A stretch of DNA of 64,000 nucleotides, taken from positions 1,920,001 to 1,984,000 of the forward strand of contig OZ244960.1 in assembly GCA_965222605.1 (NCBI GenBank), given 5' to 3'. Positions 58,804 through 64,000 of the stretch are shown here, one piece after another. Made by a program: the position numbers and the translations under genes. The notes below the pieces were generated by a model that searched no databases, was not told where the DNA came from, and saw nothing but the letters and a program-made list of their open reading frames with translations. The DNA is from Candidatus Latescibacterota bacterium. GTDB taxonomy: Bacteria; Latescibacterota; UBA2968. Position 1 is the first letter of the stretch, and every line of letters begins with the position of its first letter.

Positions 58804-61230
58804 CTATTCATGCCGCAGTATTTCCACGGGATTGGTATGCGCGACCCTGAACGCCTGTGTACCAACCGTCAAAAGAGCGATTAAGAGTGCGAGCAAGCCC
58901 GAAAACACAAAAGGCCATAAACTGAAAGATGCGCGATATGCAAAATTTTGCAAATAAGTATCTGTCAAATAATACGCAACGGGCCAGGCGATAAGATTGG
59001 CGACAAGCACCAGCTTCAAAAACGCTTTTGACAACAACAAAACCAAACTTGAAACAGACGCACCGAGCACCTTGCGAATGCCGATCTCGCGCTTGCGGCG
59101 TTCAGCCGTAAAAGCCGCCAGCCCAAACAAGCCCAAACAAGCCAGCAAAATCGCCAACCCGGCAAAAGCGGTAACAGTCTGCCCCAAATCTCTTTCCGCC
59201 CGATAAATTGCATCGAGTTCTTCGTCCAAAAATGTAAACACAAAAGGCTTATCGGCTGCCATAAATGTGTCCCAGGTCTCTTCGAGAAAAGGTCGAACCG
59301 CTAAAAAATCGCGCACGCGCACTGCCAGATAATCGTAAAACCACTGGCGATAAGCAAAAACTGCCGGCCCAATCGGTAGCCGCAGAGAAGCGTAGTGAAA
59401 ATCTGAAACCACACCAATCACAGTACCTCTGGTATCGTCTTCTGAACGCGCCCGTCCAAAACGCCGCCCCACGGCATCCTGCACCGTCCAGCCAAGCGCG
59501 CGCACAGCGGTCTCATTGAGAATATAGCCATGCGTGCGGTCGCGCGCAACCTCGGGCGAAAACGTGCGACCAGACAGAATAGACACACCGAGTGTCCCAA
59601 AAAAATCTTCATCGGCCTCCTGCACCGGCATCCGCCACTCTGTGTGCTCCTGACCTTCTGGCTTGACAATCCGCACAAAACCACCGCCATCGCGCCCGGG
59701 CAAAAAGCGAAACGCAGACGCCGAAACAATATTGGGATGTTCCAAAAACGCCTGTTTTACAGTATTGTACCGCACCACAAGCCAGGGATCATCATTGGTC
59801 TTGAGCCGGCGATCCAGCTTAAAGATAGGCAACAAAACGAGATGCTCTTTATCAAAACCGAGATCCTTGTGCTGAATATAATCCAGCTGCCGATAAATAA
59901 CATCCGTAACAATCATAAGCAAAATAGCAATGGCAAATTGCGCGACAACCAGAACCTGCCGCAGACGCGCACCCTGCAAATGCGCTATGCCCTTGAGCAC
60001 ATCAGCCGGTCGAAAAGCCGACAAATAAAACGCGGGATACATCCCCGCCATCAAACCCACGAACACGGCAAGCGCGAAAAGACCGGGCAAAAGCCCGAAC
60101 AGCATCGGCGCGGCCAAAACGTAATGCGCGGCCGTCCGCGCGCTGATTTCCAACAACACAACGCGCGCGATGGGCACAGCGATAATCAGCGCGAGAAACG
60201 CGAGCAAAACCGTCTCGCACAAAAACTGCTGAATCAACTGACTGCGCCGCGCGCCAACCACCTTCCGCATCCCCACCTCGCGTGCGCGATACATCGAACG
60301 CGCAGTGGCGAGATTGACAAAATTAATCGCCGCAATCGCCAGAACCAGCACCGCAATCGCCGCAAAAAGATAAAGAGCGTGGACATTACCACCCGAAGAC
60401 AAATTGTAATCCTGAACCCCATACAAATGCAACCGCACAAGAGGCTGCAAGCGATACGAAAGAATGCGCCGCACATCCGCACCCAGGTGCCGTTCAATAA
60501 TACCCGACATCTTCGCTTCGAATTCACTCGCGTTTATCCCATCGCGCAAACGCACAAAAGTCTCTATACCCGCCTGTTGCACCCGCCCCTGCCACAGCGT
60601 CCAATCAAAAATAGCCTCCTGTGTCCGCCCATCGGTAAAATGCAACAAATCAAACTGAAGGGACGAAGACCTCGGAGGCGTTTGCAAAACAGCGGCAACC
60701 GTATAATCGCCGCCGTAATACCGCTCGCGAATCGTAATAACTTTGCCTATGGGATCGGCATTGCCAAACAACTGCTCAGCCGCTGATTGCGTAATCGCTA
60801 CGCGATACGGCTGTTCAAGCGCGTCGGCATCGCCAATAGCAAAAGGAAAGTTAAACAGCTCAAAAAAACGGTCGTCAACCTGACCTTGCACCAGCGTAAG
60901 CTCTCGGTCCTCAAAACGCACCACAACCGGATAAATGCGATTTTTAGACGCCAATTCAACCTCGGGCATCTCCGCTTCAATCGCGCGAGCAAGCGCCCCT
61001 GAAGTCAGCCACCGCACCTGCGTTTGCTCATTACTCACCCGCTCCCGCAAAACGCGATAAATGCGACGCACATCCGGATGAAACCGGTCATAGCTCATCT
61101 CGTAATGAATAATCACAATCGCCATCACACAACACGACAGCCCCACAATAAGACTGAGCAAATTGATCAGCGTATCGCGTTTGTGCGACCACAAGTTGCG
61201 GCATGCAATGGTAAAATAGTTGGAGAACAT
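58804..61230 (-). CDS. ABC transporter permease (duplicated MacB/FtsX type)
   Basis: NYFTIACRNL, INFVNLATAR..RAREVGMRKVVGA, REIGIRKVLGAS, NPVEILRHE. Confidence 0.92.
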   Translation of the reverse strand: MFSNYFTIACRNLWSHKRDTLINLLSLIVGLSCCVMAIVIIHYEMSYDRFHPDVRRIYRVLRERVSNEQTQVRWLTSGALARAIEAEMPEVELASKNRIYPVVVRFEDRELTLVQGQVDDRFFELFNFPFAIGDADALEQPYRVAITQSAAEQLFGNADPIGKVITIRERYYGGDYTVAAVLQTPPRSSSLQFDLLHFTDGRTQEAIFDWTLWQGRVQQAGIETFVRLRDGINASEFEAKMSGIIERHLGADVRRILSYRLQPLVRLHLYGVQDYNLSSGGNVHALYLFAAIAVLVLAIAAINFVNLATARSMYRAREVGMRKVVGARRSQLIQQFLCETVLLAFLALIIAVPIARVVLLEISARTAAHYVLAAPMLFGLLPGLFALAVFVGLMAGMYPAFYLSAFRPADVLKGIAHLQGARLRQVLVVAQFAIAILLMIVTDVIYRQLDYIQHKDLGFDKEHLVLLPIFKLDRRLKTNDDPWLVVRYNTVKQAFLEHPNIVSASAFRFLPGRDGGGFVRIVKPEGQEHTEWRMPVQEADEDFFGTLGVSILSGRTFSPEVARDRTHGYILNETAVRALGWTVQDAVGRRFGRARSEDDTRGTVIGVVSDFHYASLRLPIGPAVFAYRQWFYDYLAVRVRDFLAVRPFLEETWDTFMAADKPFVFTFLDEELDAIYRAERDLGQTVTAFAGLAILLACLGLFGLAAFTAERRKREIGIRKVLGASVSSLVLLLSKAFLKLVLVANLIAWPVAYYLTDTYLQNFAYRASFSLWPFVFSGLLALLIALLTVGTQAFRVAHTNPVEILRHE

Positions 61231-61236
61231 GAAAAC

Positions 61237-63171
61237 CTAAATAAACACATAATCCTCGGGATCGGGCATTCGCGTTTGCTTCCAAAACTCGTGCATTGAA
61301 AACGGCCAATTCTGCGTCACCCGCCCGGCCTCATTCTTATACCAACTCCGAACATTTGGCGCGCCCCAGGCCATCTCCAGATTACCCGCATCAATGCACT
61401 CATTATACCGATCGTGCACATCCTGTTTGCAATCCATCGCAGCGCGTCCCGTCTCAATCAGAAGCTTGATACACCCCAGGATATATCTCATCTCGCACTC
61501 GGAAAAAAAGATAATACTGCCATTCACAACAATATTGGTATTGGGACCATACATACAAAAAAAATTGGGAAATCCCGGAACAGAAACACCTTTATACGCG
61601 CGCGGATCGCCATCCCAATGCGCCTGTAAATCCCTGCGCCCAATCCCCTCAAACGTCATCGGCCACAACATCCGACTCGGCTGAAACCCCGTGCCGTAAA
61701 TCAGCACATCAAAATCATAGCCATCGCCCGACCGCGTCGCCAAACCGGACTCCGTAATACGCGCAATCGGATCCGTAATAAGATGCACATTCTCCCGCTT
61801 CAGAGTATGCAACCACAAGCCATTATCCCACAACATGCGCTTGCCACCCGGCGGAAAATCCGGAATACACTTCTGCATCAACTCGGGATCGTCGCCCAGC
61901 ACAGACTCGATATACTCTATAATCCGCTGGCGCACCTTGTCATTCGCCTTGCTAACCGCGCGGTCCTGATGAGGCCATGCCGGATCCTTTTTCGCCGCGC
62001 CGAGCATCCCCTCAGCCGAACGCCAGAACATAAACAGCCGAAACCACTTGGCGTAAAACGGCACATGATTCAAAAGATAATGCTGTCCCTCTGGTACATC
62101 CGCGTGATAATGTGGATTGGGCTGAATCCAGGGCGGCGTGCGCTGAAACACAAAAACCTCGCGCGCCTGCTTTGCAATCTCTGGCACAAACTGAAATGCA
62201 CTCGCGCCCGTACCAATCACACCAACGCGCTTATCCGTCAAATCGCACTCCCGCGGCCATCGCGCAGAGTGAAATGCAACCCTCCGGTATTGCTCGCGCC
62301 CAGCAATATCCGGCAACTTGGGGCGATTGAGTTGCCCCACAGCGCTGATAATGGCATTCGCCTCGAGCGTTTGACACACACCCTCTTTATCCTGCACCTC
62401 AACTTTCCAGACCTTGCGCTCTTCATCAAAACGACCACACACAACCTCTGTCTGAAACCGGACATGCTCGCGCAGGCGAAAATCCGCTGCAAATTTCCTG
62501 AAATAATCGAGAAGCACCTGCTGCGTAGAAAAATACTGCGGCCAATTTTCAGGTACGAAAGAATAGGAATACGAATGATTCGGACTATCAACGCGACATC
62601 CGGGATACGTATTCTCGAGCCATGTCCCCCCCACATCGGCATTCTTTTCCACCACAGTAAACGAAATCCCCACCTCTCGAAGCCGATGCGCCGCCAGCAG
62701 CCCGGACATCCCCGCCCCAATAATCAAAACCCGAAAATCTCGCCTCTTATCCCCGGGCAAATCATCCATGCCCACAGGCACAAACGGATCTTCGCCATTT
62801 AAGGACAACTCCCCCTCCAAAAACATCCCGTAATCTTCGGGAATCTCCTCCCCGATCATAAAATTCATCATCTCCCAAACCCGCGCCCGGCTCGGTGCAG
62901 GTGGCAAAGTACAACTGCGATCTCGATAGGCTTTCAACACCTCAAAAGCGACCTCCCGAACAACCGCCTGCTCTTCCGCTGTCACACCCGCCTGCGGATC
63001 CGCCAGATTCCTCGCCCTTGGGCGAATCTCCCCCCGCACAATCCCCATATCTCCGGTCAAATGCACCAGAGAAACCATCAGTGCGGGAATATTCGCATCC
63101 TCCAACGCCGCCCTGATCGTCTCGTCATCCTCAACAATCGGTCTCCATGTATCAAACGTCTTACCAGCCAT
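61237..63171 (-). CDS. Baeyer-Villiger flavin monooxygenase (HapE-like, N-terminal extension)
   Basis: GAGMSG, GGTWLENTYPG, FHSARWP, GTGASA. Confidence 0.9.
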   Translation of the reverse strand: MAGKTFDTWRPIVEDDETIRAALEDANIPALMVSLVHLTGDMGIVRGEIRPRARNLADPQAGVTAEEQAVVREVAFEVLKAYRDRSCTLPPAPSRARVWEMMNFMIGEEIPEDYGMFLEGELSLNGEDPFVPVGMDDLPGDKRRDFRVLIIGAGMSGLLAAHRLREVGISFTVVEKNADVGGTWLENTYPGCRVDSPNHSYSYSFVPENWPQYFSTQQVLLDYFRKFAADFRLREHVRFQTEVVCGRFDEERKVWKVEVQDKEGVCQTLEANAIISAVGQLNRPKLPDIAGREQYRRVAFHSARWPRECDLTDKRVGVIGTGASAFQFVPEIAKQAREVFVFQRTPPWIQPNPHYHADVPEGQHYLLNHVPFYAKWFRLFMFWRSAEGMLGAAKKDPAWPHQDRAVSKANDKVRQRIIEYIESVLGDDPELMQKCIPDFPPGGKRMLWDNGLWLHTLKRENVHLITDPIARITESGLATRSGDGYDFDVLIYGTGFQPSRMLWPMTFEGIGRRDLQAHWDGDPRAYKGVSVPGFPNFFCMYGPNTNIVVNGSIIFFSECEMRYILGCIKLLIETGRAAMDCKQDVHDRYNECIDAGNLEMAWGAPNVRSWYKNEAGRVTQNWPFSMHEFWKQTRMPDPEDYVFI

Positions 63172-63184
63172 CGTCCTACTCCGC

Positions 63185-64000
63185 TCACGAAACAGGTTGA
63201 GGTACCACTTGACCCGGCACCTCTTCTCGCTCCCGCTCAAGCTGCCCCTCGGGATCGACCCATTGACTCACAATCAACGAAATCAGTGCCAGAACAGCAC
63301 CGCTAAAGAAAATCACCTGATATCCAAAATAGTGCCATGCGAAACCACCCAAAAGCGGTGCCGCAACAGAAGCCACATGATTCATCGTCACACCCATCGC
63401 AAGCGACGGCTTGAGATCCGACTCGGGCGCGATCTTGTGCAAATACGTCGTCAGTGCGATCCCACCAAAAAAGATAATATTATCAACACAATACAAAACG
63501 TACAACGTGGGACGATGCGTCACCACCGCGTATCCGAAAAACACAAAGGTCAACCCGATATAACTGAACGACAGCATCTTCCGCTCGCCGTACTGATCCA
63601 CCAGCTTACCCATCGTCGGCGCAGTCAGCGTAATCAACGTCTGATTTATCAGCACCAGAATCATCGTCGTATGCACGGGCATCCCGTGTATCTTCACCAG
63701 AGCAAAAATCGCAAACGTAATAAACATCTGCTTCCGCATACCCTGCAGAAAATTCAGCGCATAATACAGACCATACCGTCGCTTAAAAACAAAACCCCGC
63801 TCGTCGGGTGGCCGCTTGCGAGACGCAAACAAAATGGCAAAACCACCGCCCACAGTTGCAGCACCCGCCATAACAAACAAACCATTGTACCCGACAAAAT
63901 CGTAAGCCAATTTACAAATCAAAATAGACAACAACCACGCCACACTATTCACACTGCGCAACTGCCCCAACCACTTCCCCTTCTTTCCTCCCGGCGAAAA
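63185..64000 (-). CDS. MFS transporter (5' end outside window)
   Basis: Multiple TM helices; GKLVDQYGER loop motif. Confidence 0.8.
   Translation of the reverse strand, partial: FSPGGKKGKWLGQLRSVNSVAWLLSILICKLAYDFVGYNGLFVMAGAATVGGGFAILFASRKRPPDERGFVFKRRYGLYYALNFLQGMRKQMFITFAIFALVKIHGMPVHTTMILVLINQTLITLTAPTMGKLVDQYGERKMLSFSYIGLTFVFFGYAVVTHRPTLYVLYCVDNIIFFGGIALTTYLHKIAPESDLKPSLAMGVTMNHVASVAAPLLGGFAWHYFGYQVIFFSGAVLALISLIVSQWVDPEGQLEREREEVPGQVVPQPVS

Noticed and set aside
59530-62802. Long plus-strand ORFs of 418 and 339 aa (also 23006-23971 and 41551-42537)
   Set aside because: Antisense shadows of well-supported minus-strand genes, caused by codon bias

Overview
Bacterial chromosomal window. 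Its many Gfo/Idh/MocA oxidoreductases, PhyH dioxygenases and sulfatases resemble marine or sponge-associated heterotrophs (inference only). It contains tRNA-Glu and tRNA-Arg, a catabolic gene region, and an AAA-nuclease gene followed by a SNF2 helicase / sacsin-like ATPase-HNH pair. It also has an ECF sigma factor fused to a beta-clamp-like domain. A variable island at 30.4-40.6 kb holds a TA pair, a PD-(D/E)XK nuclease, an IS256-disrupted FRG gene, a tnpB element inside a DUF4926 gene and an SfiI-like R-M system. A MaoC/CitE/CoA-transferase operon with a second tnpB element follows, then a complete type I-E CRISPR-Cas locus with 67 repeats and 66 spacers. The strongest finding is a hidden two-pseudo-repeat mini-array between cas3 and cas8e. 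Its spacer matches the adjacent cascade promoter at 15/16 nt (only mismatch at position 6, AAC PAM), and it lies inside an 83-codon leader ORF coupled to cas8e. This is a candidate CRISPR-RNA-guided autoregulation or addiction module.
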